64,000 bases of DNA from Spirochaetaceae bacterium (GTDB lineage Bacteria > Spirochaetota > Spirochaetia > DSM-2461), in NCBI GenBank assembly GCA_965224705.1, contig OZ245056.1:2080001-2144000 (forward strand), given 5' to 3'. The position numbers and the translations under genes are program-made. Under the pieces are notes generated by a model. The model did no database searches. It was given only the letters and a program-made list of their open reading frames with translations, and was not told the DNA's origin. Positions 1-8,796 of the stretch are shown piece by piece; position 1 is the stretch's first letter; each line of letters starts with the position of its first letter.

Positions 1-249
1 TTTATATTTTTATCATTGATTTTTTCCCAATTTATCCGAGCTAATTCAAAAACTTTCTATAAGTATCAGTCGGAGAAGGAATGTCGCTACCCCAAACAAA
101 TTCTTATTGAGAATGAGGGTTTTGTCAAGATTTCTACACAAAAAGCCATGTTTCTATGTTTCGGACATAGTTCCCCCAAAAAACAGGAATCTCGGCCCAT
201 TCCTTCTATGCCGCTTCTTTGTTCAGAGTTGGATCTTTTTATCCCCTAT

Positions 250-402
250 TTCTCTGCACACCTCTGCGCCCTCTGCGGTTTACAATTCCCTTCCTTAATC
301 TTCACAGCCTTATGCATGGTTTTTAACCGCAGAGGACGCAGAGAACGCAGAGTGTTCACGGTAATTATTGACCAATGCGTACCTCTGCGATCTCTGAGGT
401 TT
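250..402. repeat. REP-like palindromic repeat cluster (CTCTGCG..CTCTGCGGTT / AACCGCAGAGGACGCAGAG)
   Basis: ctctgcgccctctgcggtt (~262) is the inverted counterpart of aaccgcagaggacgcagagaacgcagag (~325), followed by ctctgcgatctctgaggtt (~383); intergenic. Confidence 0.6.
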
Positions 403-638
403 AGTGCCGCTTTTAGGAGATTCCAAATTTGTTGAGACACTATATAAAAATTCCCTATCGATCACCCCAGAATCAGTGTCTTTATTTTTTTGGGATAGAA
501 TTAGATGCGATTGTCCTGATGATGATTGGATTCATCGTTGCATAAGACCTCTCTCCGCTGTATACTGAATGGCGCAAAATGCTTGACAGGGAGCCCACCG
601 CCCCTGATGTTTTTCATCCCCCTTAAAGGAGACCTGCC

Positions 639-3581
639 ATGAAACGTTTCTTTTCGCTGGCCCTATTGATCGCCGCCGCAGCCGCCCCCCTCCTTGCCGG
701 AGGCCAGCCCGAAGACAGCCGCGGCGGCCAAACCACCGACCAAACCACCGGCCAGCCCGCATCGCCCCCCACCGACCCCCCGCCGCCCACCGCAAAGCCC
801 TCGACCGAACCCCTGCTGCGGCTGAACACCCCCATGCACTTCGCCATGGTTAGAAGGATCAGCGCCGATGCCGCCGGGAAGCTCGTCCTTACCGCCAGCG
901 ACGACAAGACCGCCAGGCTCTGGGACGGGGAGAGCGGCGAACTGCTGCGCATCCTCCGGCCGCCCGCCGGGGAGGGCCACGAGGGCAAACTCTACGCCTG
1001 CGCCCTCTCCGCCGACGGAGGGTTGGCCGCCGTCGGCGGATGGACAAAGGCGGGATACAGCGGCTCCGGCAACCACAACATCTACCTCTTCGACACCGCC
1101 ACCGGCGGCATGGTCCAGCGGCTCTCCGGCCTGGGCAATGTGATTAATGATCTGGAATTCCACTCAGGCGGCGCCCTGGCGGCGGCCCTGGGCGGCACAG
1201 GGGGCATCCGCGTCTGGCGGCCCTCCTCCGGCGGCTACCGCCTGGCCGCCAGGGACAACGATTACGGCGATTCTTCCTACGGCATCGCCTTCAGCCATGA
1301 CGGCAGGCTGGCCTCGGTCAGCTTCGACGGCCACATCCGGCTCTACGATGATGATTTCCAGCTAATCGGAAAGCGCCGCGCTCAAGGGGGGAACCGGCCC
1401 TATTCGGCAGCCTTCTCCCCCGACGGCTCCAGGCTGGCGGTGGGCTATAATGACTCGCCAAGGGTGGAGGTACTGGACGGCCATGGCCTTGAACTCCTCT
1501 ACCGCCCCGACATCGCCGGTGCCGATGAGCCGGGTCAGAGTATATATCAACTCGCCTTCGGCCCCGGCGGCGCCCTCTACGGCGGCGGTTTTTACCGCGA
1601 TTACATCGACGGCGGCTGGTGGCACCTCGTGCGCCGCTGGGAGGACGGCGGCCGGGGGGCCTACCGCGATTTCAAGGCCGCAGACAACACCATCATGGAC
1701 CTCAAGGTGCTTCCCGACGGCTCCCTCCTGGCGGCGGGGAGCCAGCCCGACTGGGGCCGCTACGGGCCCGATGGCCAGAAGATAATCTACAAGCGGGGGG
1801 AGATCGCCGGTTTTATAAACAAGGATCGCTTTGAGTACTTCACCCTCAGCCGCCGGGGCGACAGGCTCTCCTTTAAGCCCCAGGGCGGAAAGGCCATGGT
1901 CTTCAGCCTTGCCGACCGCAGCCTTGCGGCCTCCGCGGAGACCTTCCAGCCCTACCGCGACAGCGGGGGCGGCGTCAGCACAGCCGACTGGGAGAACTCC
2001 TATGTCCCCCGCATCAACGGACGGGAGGCCGATTTTCTCGATCAATACGAGATGAACCGCAGCGTGGATGTGGGGGACGGCGGCACCATGCTTTTTGGTG
2101 CGAGTTGGTCCCTCTACGCCCTGGAGCCCTCCGGCGAAACACGGTGGCGGGCCGCCGTGCCGGGGGCGGCCTGGGCGGTCAAAATCTCCGGCGACGGGCG
2201 CGTCGCGGTATCGGCCCACGACGGCGGGGAGATCCGCTGGCACCGCATGGCCGACGGGGAGCATCTGCTCTCCCTCTTTGCCCACCCCGACGGCAGGCGC
2301 TGGCTGGCCTGGAGCCCCCTGGGCTACTACGATGCCAGCCCCGGCGCCGACAATCTGGCCGGCTGGCATCTCAACCGAGGGGCCGACGATGCCGCCGCCT
2401 TCTATCCCCTTTCCCGTTTCGCCAGCCGCTTCTACCGGCCCGAGGTAGTGGCCGGCATCATCCGTCACGCCGATGTGGAAACGGCCCTGGCCGAAGCAGG
2501 CAAAGGCGGACGCAAAATCCTGCCCGATGCGGACATCGCCCAGCTGCTGCCGCCGGAAATCGTCATCATCTCGCCCTCCAACGGCCAGGAAGTCTCCTCC
2601 GGCCGGATAAGGGTGCGCTACCGGGTGAGCGCCCCCCCGGGCGGAGAGGTTACCGCCGTGAGGGCCTTTGTCGATGGCCGTCCGGCGGGGGAGCGCGGCC
2701 TTCGTCCCGTCGGCACCGCCGGTGAGATAGAGGTTCCCGTGCCCGAGCGGGACTGCCGGATATCCCTGGTGGCGGAGAACCGCCATGCCGCCAGCGAGCC
2801 GGCGGTGGTGAGCGTCCGCTGGCGGGGAGAGGAGGCCTTTGTTGTCAAGCCCAGGCTCTACGTGCTGGCGGTGGGTGTCAGCGGCTACCGGGACGCCGAT
2901 CTGCGGCTGGGATACGCCGCCAAGGATGCCCGCGACTTTGTGGACAGCCTTAAGTCCCAGGACGGCGGCCTCTACCGGAGGGTGACGGCGAGGCTGCTCA
3001 CCGATGCCCAGGCCACTAAGGGGGATATACTGGACGGCCTGGACTGGATACTGCGGGAGACCACCCAGAAGGACGTGGCCATGGTGTTTCTCGCCGGTCA
3101 CGGCGTGAACGACGACTACGGCGACTATTACTTTTTGCCCCAGGACACCGACCGGGAACGTCTCAAGCGCACCGGTGTTCCCTACTCAGAGATTCGCAGC
3201 ACGGTGTCCAACATCGCCGGCAAGGCCCTGTTCTTCATCGACTCCTGTCACAGCGGCAACGTGCTGGGAACGCGGCGCGGTTCCCTGGACATCAACGGCA
3301 TCATCAATCAGCTTGCCAGTGCCGAGAACGGAGTGGTGGTGTTCGCCTCCTCAAGCGGCCGCCAGTTCAGCCTGGAAGACCCCGCCTGGAACAACGGCGC
3401 CTTCACCAAGGCCCTGGTGGAGGGCATCAGGGGAGGGGCGGCCTACCGCGGCGACAAGATTACCGTGAACATGCTGGACCTCTACATATCCGAGCGGGTC
3501 AAGGAACTCACCGGAGGCCGCCAAACTCCCACCACTGCCAAGCCCAGCACGGTTCCCGATTTTCCCATTGCGTTGAAGTAG
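639..3581 (+). CDS. Secreted WD40-repeat / Ig-like / caspase-family (peptidase C14) protein
   Basis: Signal peptide MKRFFSLALLIAAAAAPLLAGG; WD40 repeats (TASDDKTARLWD, SVSFDGHIRLYD); C-terminal caspase dyad motifs FLAGHG and IDSCHSG; RBS AAGGAG. Confidence 0.88.
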   Translation: MKRFFSLALLIAAAAAPLLAGGQPEDSRGGQTTDQTTGQPASPPTDPPPPTAKPSTEPLLRLNTPMHFAMVRRISADAAGKLVLTASDDKTARLWDGESGELLRILRPPAGEGHEGKLYACALSADGGLAAVGGWTKAGYSGSGNHNIYLFDTATGGMVQRLSGLGNVINDLEFHSGGALAAALGGTGGIRVWRPSSGGYRLAARDNDYGDSSYGIAFSHDGRLASVSFDGHIRLYDDDFQLIGKRRAQGGNRPYSAAFSPDGSRLAVGYNDSPRVEVLDGHGLELLYRPDIAGADEPGQSIYQLAFGPGGALYGGGFYRDYIDGGWWHLVRRWEDGGRGAYRDFKAADNTIMDLKVLPDGSLLAAGSQPDWGRYGPDGQKIIYKRGEIAGFINKDRFEYFTLSRRGDRLSFKPQGGKAMVFSLADRSLAASAETFQPYRDSGGGVSTADWENSYVPRINGREADFLDQYEMNRSVDVGDGGTMLFGASWSLYALEPSGETRWRAAVPGAAWAVKISGDGRVAVSAHDGGEIRWHRMADGEHLLSLFAHPDGRRWLAWSPLGYYDASPGADNLAGWHLNRGADDAAAFYPLSRFASRFYRPEVVAGIIRHADVETALAEAGKGGRKILPDADIAQLLPPEIVIISPSNGQEVSSGRIRVRYRVSAPPGGEVTAVRAFVDGRPAGERGLRPVGTAGEIEVPVPERDCRISLVAENRHAASEPAVVSVRWRGEEAFVVKPRLYVLAVGVSGYRDADLRLGYAAKDARDFVDSLKSQDGGLYRRVTARLLTDAQATKGDILDGLDWILRETTQKDVAMVFLAGHGVNDDYGDYYFLPQDTDRERLKRTGVPYSEIRSTVSNIAGKALFFIDSCHSGNVLGTRRGSLDINGIINQLASAENGVVVFASSSGRQFSLEDPAWNNGAFTKALVEGIRGGAAYRGDKITVNMLDLYISERVKELTGGRQTPTTAKPSTVPDFPIALK

Positions 3582-3644
3582 GGGGGGCGGGGGGGAATAA
3601 GGCCTTTTTGCCTGGTTCCCTGTCAGAATGTGTGGGTGATCTAA

Positions 3645-3875
3645 GGCTCCGAGACAGAATACAAGAAAACAAAAAGCACCGAAATCTGTTAAACTAAATC
3701 TCTCAAGACAAAGCAAATAAAGGGAATTCGGTGCTAATCAAAACATTACGGAATAAAGTCTATCACTTAAAGGGATTCGTGTACGAAAAAGTACGGTTTG
3801 TAGATGGAGCCTCTGGTACACTGCCTGTTGAAGTTGTCCCGAGGAAGAATAGAAAGCCAGTGTGTCCTACAGCCA
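3645..3875 (+). mobile_element. Truncated ISL3-family insertion sequence (left end plus transposase N-terminus)
   Basis: Starts GGCTCC as ISL3 ends do; ORF 3731 MLIKTLRNKVYHLKGFVYEKVRFV...VVPRKNRKPVCP resembles the ISL3 transposase N-terminus up to the first Zn-finger Cys, then breaks off at the att site. Confidence 0.6.
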
Positions 3876-3882
3876 TCAAAAG

Positions 3883-3939
3883 ATGCCTGGAAGAGGACTC
3901 GAACCTCCACGAGCTTGCGCTCACTAGTCCCTGAAACTA
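3883..3939 (-). repeat. Prophage att site: displaced 3' part of tRNA-Leu (57-bp direct repeat)
   Basis: atgcctggaagaggactcgaacctccacgagcttgcgctcactagtccctgaaacta is identical to 44442-44498. Confidence 0.97.
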
Positions 3940-4032
3940 CTAAAACAACCACTCACAACAATTTACAGTGCCAAAAGCACCATTCATGGCAACTACAGCG
4001 TCATAATCTTCATGGATAAGCACAAGAATACA

Positions 4033-4071
4033 GAAAAGCTAGTCATTTTGCTAGTCATTTTGCTAGTCATT
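4033..4071. repeat. Putative integrase arm-type sites (3x GCTAGTCATTTT, 12-bp period)
   Basis: Three tandem CTAGTCA units ~100 bp inside the left att; the same motif occurs at 44346-44373. Confidence 0.65.
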
Positions 4072-4164
4072 CGAAATCCACGATTCCGCCGACATCTTTC
4101 CACCGTGCCTCCCAGGGAGAGGCAAGCAAATCGTAACAACTCATGACTGGATGTTTGCGGCGGT

Positions 4165-4680
4165 TCAGCCTGCGAAAGCAAAAAACAGGGTCAGAATGAG
4201 AAGTACCCCGGAAGAACTTCCCAATGCGATTAGCCCTACGTTCTTTCTGCGAATATCTTTTTCGTAGTCATCGACCAGAGTCAGCATCTTTTGAGAGTGG
4301 GCCGACTTTTGAGTTAGTATTTCCTGTTTCAAGCTGTTCAATGAAACTGAGTGCCTCTCTAATGCCTGTTTCAGCGCCGCTACCTCGGATTCCAATTCGC
4401 CTTGCCGTGCTAAGGCTTTCTCCAAGTGAGATTTCAGCTTCTGCAAGGATTTTTTGCTGACGATCTTGCTCTGCTTGTAAGATTTCAACCTCTCGTTGGC
4501 TATCCTCAAGCTCTCTTTTAAGTTCGGCACCAGACTGTTTAAGATTGTCAATTCTTCCAAGGAGTCGATCAACCTCTGCTTTAGAAGACTCAGCTCGTCT
4601 GGCGAGAGCGTCATAGTCTGCGCGAAGCAGGGTAATGTACTCAGACTCATCAAAATCAGAACTGTGAGAAAAAAGCGCAT
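4165..4680 (-). CDS. Coiled-coil protein with signal peptide and C-terminal TM helix (spanin-like component)
   Basis: N-terminal hydrophobic signal MRFFLTVLILMSLSTLPCFAQ, long heptad region, C-terminal hydrophobic VGLIALGSSSGVLLILTLFFAF. Confidence 0.6.
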   Translation of the reverse strand: MRFFLTVLILMSLSTLPCFAQTMTLSPDELSLLKQRLIDSLEELTILNSLVPNLKESLRIANERLKSYKQSKIVSKKSLQKLKSHLEKALARQGELESEVAALKQALERHSVSLNSLKQEILTQKSAHSQKMLTLVDDYEKDIRRKNVGLIALGSSSGVLLILTLFFAFAG

Positions 4681-4753
4681 AGAATACTCCCAGGGTCACC
4701 AAAATAGCTAAAATGCCAACACAGACGATCTTCCATTTTCGTGTTTTCATCAT
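4268..4753 (-). CDS. N-terminally membrane-anchored coiled-coil protein (i-spanin-like)
   Basis: Basic N-terminus plus TM helix IVCVGILAILVTLGVFYALF, then coiled coil; last position in the late operon. Confidence 0.6.
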   Translation of the reverse strand: MMKTRKWKIVCVGILAILVTLGVFYALFSHSSDFDESEYITLLRADYDALARRAESSKAEVDRLLGRIDNLKQSGAELKRELEDSQREVEILQAEQDRQQKILAEAEISLGESLSTARRIGIRGSGAETGIREALSFIEQLETGNTNSKVGPLSKDADSGR

Positions 4754-4777
4754 CAGCCTGTAAACTCAATAAAAAAG

Positions 4778-5425
4778 TCACGCATCGAGGACACTTTTTT
4801 GCACTGTCGCTGTCCCGCGCAAGACCTGCTCTCTGTCCTCTCCCAGCGACCAGAAAACATTATACTTATACCGTGATTGATCCATGTCGGAAGTTACGCT
4901 GCTGTCAAGAGACAGGACAACACCGGTTGAGGTCCGAATTGCGCCGCCGGTGATTGCCGGGCCATAACTCGATTCATCCCGAAGCAAAAATTCAACCGCT
5001 GCACCGGCGGGAATATCAACTTCAACATCCAGGTCCCAGTCCGCACCCTGGACAATAGTAATATCCTGCTCTGTTAAGCCGTCGATAGCCAGAGACTGTG
5101 TCTCTACATCAATGCTAACTTGAGCTCCACCGACTTTCGCCAGCAATGAAGCCCATTGCGATGTATCAAAAATATCTTCAAGGTTACTTCCTGCGAGGTC
5201 CTGAACATCAATCACACGGCTCATTGCCACTGAACCATCGGGACGGATGACCGAAATGAGATGTTCCCCGGAAACCTGAGAGGCCAGATCAACAGACCAC
5301 TTACCATCTCCGGCGGCCTGGCAGTCCCGCAACTCATACAGCACTGTCCCATCAGGTGCATAAAAGGAAATCCTGGGGATAAATGAGGCGAAGACAAGCG
5401 CTGTACTTACGGTTCCGACGAACAT
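4778..5425 (-). CDS. Phage structural/baseplate-like protein (beta-rich)
   Basis: Late operon; C-terminal ITIVQGADWDLDV...YKYNV...VLRGTATV pattern typical of phage baseplate/tail-associated Ig-like domains. Confidence 0.5.
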   Translation of the reverse strand: MFVGTVSTALVFASFIPRISFYAPDGTVLYELRDCQAAGDGKWSVDLASQVSGEHLISVIRPDGSVAMSRVIDVQDLAGSNLEDIFDTSQWASLLAKVGGAQVSIDVETQSLAIDGLTEQDITIVQGADWDLDVEVDIPAGAAVEFLLRDESSYGPAITGGAIRTSTGVVLSLDSSVTSDMDQSRYKYNVFWSLGEDREQVLRGTATVQKSVLDA

Positions 5426-5432
5426 TTCTCAC

Positions 5433-5840
5433 CTAGACAACAACATGGACTTCCCGAGCCGCTTCGATGTTGTCGACTTTCGTCTTTATGTCCCGTGCGA
5501 TGTCGGCGATGACGGATAACCCATCGTCAGCCGAATCAAAATCAGCGCCGCCAAGGTCATCCCTCGAAATCGGCGCTATAATTAGGGACCTTTTAACTGC
5601 GTTATCCCCGGTACCGATTATGGAATCAGTCGGCGACTCAAAAGTTGCAACATAGGTCCCGACATCTGACAGTGTGACAGATCGGCGATAATACTTTGTA
5701 CTCCCAACCTGAGCCAGATCCAGCGCAGCTCCCTCAACCCCTGTGGCGAGGTTGAGGAATTTGACTGTGACATCGGTTAGACCGGTCGCTCCCCCTTCAA
5801 TTGCGACATCAAACGCTTCATCTGCGTGATGCTTCGTCAT
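5433..5840 (-). CDS. Phage hypothetical protein (Ig-like, beta-rich)
   Basis: Start moved to ATG at 5840 behind RBS AAGGAGG; co-oriented in late operon. Confidence 0.6.
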   Translation of the reverse strand: MTKHHADEAFDVAIEGGATGLTDVTVKFLNLATGVEGAALDLAQVGSTKYYRRSVTLSDVGTYVATFESPTDSIIGTGDNAVKRSLIIAPISRDDLGGADFDSADDGLSVIADIARDIKTKVDNIEAAREVHVVV

Positions 5841-5933
5841 TTTTACCCTCCTTACTTTTATACCGGTACACCATATGTGGTGTACCGGCCAGCTCACCCA
5901 TACACTATATATGGTGTATAGGTGGGCTGGGAA

Positions 5934-7649
5934 TCAAATAATAACATGCCCCCTGTTCTGTTGTTCTATCGCCGTCTTAATCTCGGCCTGCCCATTCTCG
6001 ATCCGGGCAAGACTCTGCTCTGTACTTGTCACGAGTACCTCAAACGTATGTCCACCTGAGTCTACGGGGATCGCTATACTGGTGACAATTTCCCCTGCGG
6101 TACCAGACGCTCTAACCCAGAGGGATGTACCGCCTATTGTACTGCTATTGTATCTGAAGGGACTTCCTGAATGCACCGGGTTAATGTTGTTGTCCGCATC
6201 GCTACTGTTCCAGTGAAGCGACACTTCTGTAAATCCGGTGGGAAGGATGAAGGTTCCTGTGCTGTCGCCTATCGAGTCGACGATATTTGCTGTGACCTGC
6301 CCTCCGTTTTCTTCAGTCACAGCGGCTGTTGTTCTAATTTCAGTTACAGTGTCACTGGACGATATTTCAGCCCCGTCGGCGATCAGGGAATAGTTTCCGA
6401 TATCAATGGCGCTGCCATTGAAGCTTAGAAAATTATCAACAGCCATATTGGTAGTTTCGGCCAGCCAGTGCCGGATGTAGTTATAGATATGCTGCAGGTT
6501 TCTGTTCTCCGTAACCCTGATCGTGGTACCCTCTATGGCTATGCCTGAGGAGATAATGCCCATGTCCTTATCATAGCCTTTATCTTCAAGGGCCACGCCG
6601 CCGATAGCCTTGTCTTTGAGATACTCCTGATCGGCAATATCGAAAGATGAAATGGTTTCGTTGAATTCTTCGTATCCTGCACAGCGGATACGGGTTGAGA
6701 GCGGCAGCCTGTTTGTAAGAGTCCACCCAGTGCGCGGAACGGCAATGTCCGCTGAGGGGATAGTGTCTCGGCCCTGATTCGCCCCCCGCTCCTGCTCGAC
6801 CCAGATAACATCTATATCCGGTTCGGAGCCGGGAGTAACTGTGTTATTGTAAAGGTGGTTTCCGCTCCCATCCAGAATTAAGCAATTATAGGCCGTGGGA
6901 ATCCCGATCACAGCAGGCTTAAAGGTCTTCCCAATGGAAAATTTTCGGGTCTCAGCAGGGTCCTGATCGACCCGGAGACCATGAGTAACTACAGTGTTGT
7001 AGGCCGTCAGACCGCAAGGAACTTGCTGAAGACCAAGATAGTCTGAGTGACATTTCCTGATCGTAACATCACCGGCGGCAGCTACAGCGATCCCCATACC
7101 AAAAGCCCCTGTTGATTCAACTGTGAGACCTTCACTATCGGAAGATAGGTTTCCGTTCAGCCAGAATTTGGCACAACCCTTCACCCTAACATTTTTCAAT
7201 ACCGAACCCGGGGCAATCATAGGCTCCCCCTGTCCAAGAGAAACAAAGGTGTTGTCTACGTAATTGTAGAATTCTGAATTTTCGATATGCATTGTTACGT
7301 TGTCCTGGTTCTCTGTAGCCTGGTACGCACCGATAAAGGGCCCGTTCCCGCATGATTTGAGGATAGAATTCTTGATCTCTATTCGGGCATTTCCTTCTGT
7401 ATACAGACTCCCTTCCCGTACTCCCCACCATGACGAAGTAATTGTCTTGACAAGATATCCGTTATCGTCATCACCGATCTTGAGAGTCCCACCTCGAATC
7501 TGTATAAGAGGGACAATCAGATCTTTATCTATCGTACCGGTGTTCCCGAGATTTACAAAGAGAACGCCGGACGTGTGCCGGGCAACCCCTTCAAATTCGT
7601 TGTCCAGGGTGAAGTTTGATAGATTCCCGCTGAGCGAAATATCCGGCAC
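5934..7649 (-). CDS. Putative tail fibre/spike or accessory virion protein
   Basis: 571 aa, Gly/Asn/Thr-rich beta-structure with a beta-helix-like N-terminal region; late operon. Confidence 0.5.
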   Translation of the reverse strand: MPDISLSGNLSNFTLDNEFEGVARHTSGVLFVNLGNTGTIDKDLIVPLIQIRGGTLKIGDDDNGYLVKTITSSWWGVREGSLYTEGNARIEIKNSILKSCGNGPFIGAYQATENQDNVTMHIENSEFYNYVDNTFVSLGQGEPMIAPGSVLKNVRVKGCAKFWLNGNLSSDSEGLTVESTGAFGMGIAVAAAGDVTIRKCHSDYLGLQQVPCGLTAYNTVVTHGLRVDQDPAETRKFSIGKTFKPAVIGIPTAYNCLILDGSGNHLYNNTVTPGSEPDIDVIWVEQERGANQGRDTIPSADIAVPRTGWTLTNRLPLSTRIRCAGYEEFNETISSFDIADQEYLKDKAIGGVALEDKGYDKDMGIISSGIAIEGTTIRVTENRNLQHIYNYIRHWLAETTNMAVDNFLSFNGSAIDIGNYSLIADGAEISSSDTVTEIRTTAAVTEENGGQVTANIVDSIGDSTGTFILPTGFTEVSLHWNSSDADNNINPVHSGSPFRYNSSTIGGTSLWVRASGTAGEIVTSIAIPVDSGGHTFEVLVTSTEQSLARIENGQAEIKTAIEQQNRGHVII

Positions 7650-7652
7650 CGG

Positions 7653-8030
7653 TTATCCTCCAAGGATAAGTTTTTCTACGAAAAGGACCAGTGCCACCCC
7701 TATCGCAGAAAGCAGAACCGTAACGACAGTCCTTACTGTCGTCATTCGGGCCGTCTTAGCAGTCTCCTGCTGCCTCAGGAGAGCCTGCTCACCCGGCAGG
7801 CGTTCAAGAGCTTCGAGCCTTTCGTGGATACGTTGTCTGGAAGTTTCTCCTCTTTTCTCTGACTCTGTTATCCTGGCGATTGACGCTTCAACAGCGGCCA
7901 GACGTGTCTCTTGAGATCCAGAAATCACATGCAGTTCATCTTTAAGCTCGATGATTTTTGTTGATAAAGAGTCTATTTTTGATTCAAGTCTTGCAATTAT
8001 TTCCGCACCAGAGATTGTTAGTTCACTCAT
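7653..8030 (-). CDS. Coiled-coil plus C-terminal TM protein (XhlA/holin-like)
   Basis: Coiled coil followed by TVVTVLLSAIGVALVLFV; lysis cluster. Confidence 0.55.
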   Translation of the reverse strand: MSELTISGAEIIARLESKIDSLSTKIIELKDELHVISGSQETRLAAVEASIARITESEKRGETSRQRIHERLEALERLPGEQALLRQQETAKTARMTTVRTVVTVLLSAIGVALVLFVEKLILGG

Positions 8031-8299
8031 GGCCCCTCCGTTTTTGCTGATACATCCGCCTTGAAGCTGATGCCTGCGTTAAGTTTAGCGTAACTGTAAT
8101 CCTGAAAGGATTTTATTCCGGCGATGCCAAGATATATCGGAACAAGTACTCCACATGCAAGGAGAGCACGATCCATTCGGTCTGTAAAAAACCCGTAAAT
8201 AATCAGAAAAAAGGCAAAAAATATGGCTATATGGGCAATAACAAATTTGCTCGATTTCCATTTTATAGAAGGACTGTTTTCCGGTTTGTTTTCTTCCAT
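8027..8299 (-). CDS. Putative holin
   Basis: 90 aa, KWKSSKF N-terminal motif, two TM helices. Confidence 0.6.
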   Translation of the reverse strand: MEENKPENSPSIKWKSSKFVIAHIAIFFAFFLIIYGFFTDRMDRALLACGVLVPIYLGIAGIKSFQDYSYAKLNAGISFKADVSAKTEGP

Positions 8300-8303
8300 A
8301 AAG

Positions 8304-8741
8304 CTAAATCCTCATAAAGACCCTTCTGGACACCAATAAATCGGTATTTAGGCAAGGGTCTGGATTGTATGCCGCAATCGATTGTTCTGGCACCGCAAAA
8401 TGTATCGTTTTGTGTTGGGTTTGATATTCCCCAATGACTAGGGAAGCAAAAAGTGCAGGAGTGGACGGACCGGTCCTTTTATAGTCCCAACGCTCACCTG
8501 AGATTCTATGTGCGATCAGCTTTTTATTAACTATCCAGCATCGATACCATGGTTCGGTTGGAGGTGTTCCACTGTGTAATATGGCCCCTTCTTTTACCAA
8601 AGACACATAGAGCTCCATAATTTCCTTATGCGTTTCGTATGTGCCTGGTTTCCTGAACAGATAAATAAACGACATAAAGAAGCACCCGTAATATCTTATA
8701 TATTTTGGGAATTTATTGTGTGTTTGTAGCAGCATGCCCAA
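8304..8741 (-). CDS. Putative endolysin, papain-like Cys peptidase resembling Borrelia DUF261 proteins
   Basis: Q...YGCFFMS (catalytic Cys), HF and YNP motifs; directly upstream of the holin. Confidence 0.5.
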   Translation of the reverse strand: MGMLLQTHNKFPKYIRYYGCFFMSFIYLFRKPGTYETHKEIMELYVSLVKEGAILHSGTPPTEPWYRCWIVNKKLIAHRISGERWDYKRTGPSTPALFASLVIGEYQTQHKTIHFAVPEQSIAAYNPDPCLNTDLLVSRRVFMRI

Positions 8742-8760
8742 TCATGTAATGTGGGCGATG

Positions 8761-8788
8761 GACAAAACTAGATAAATTATGTCATTTT
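8761..8788 (-). promoter_or_regulatory. Late-promoter palindrome copy (GACAAAACT-N5-AATTATGTC) upstream of the lysis genes
   Basis: Near-identical to 23313-23340 and 27952-27979. Confidence 0.7.
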
Positions 8789-8796
8789 TTACAAAC

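Noticed and set aside
1362..3101. 579-aa minus-strand ORF and other ORFs nested in the caspase gene
   Set aside because: Shadow frames of a high-GC gene with no recognisable motifs.
3883..3939. Second tRNA-Leu gene
   Set aside because: Lacks the 5' acceptor strand and D-arm; it is the att duplication.
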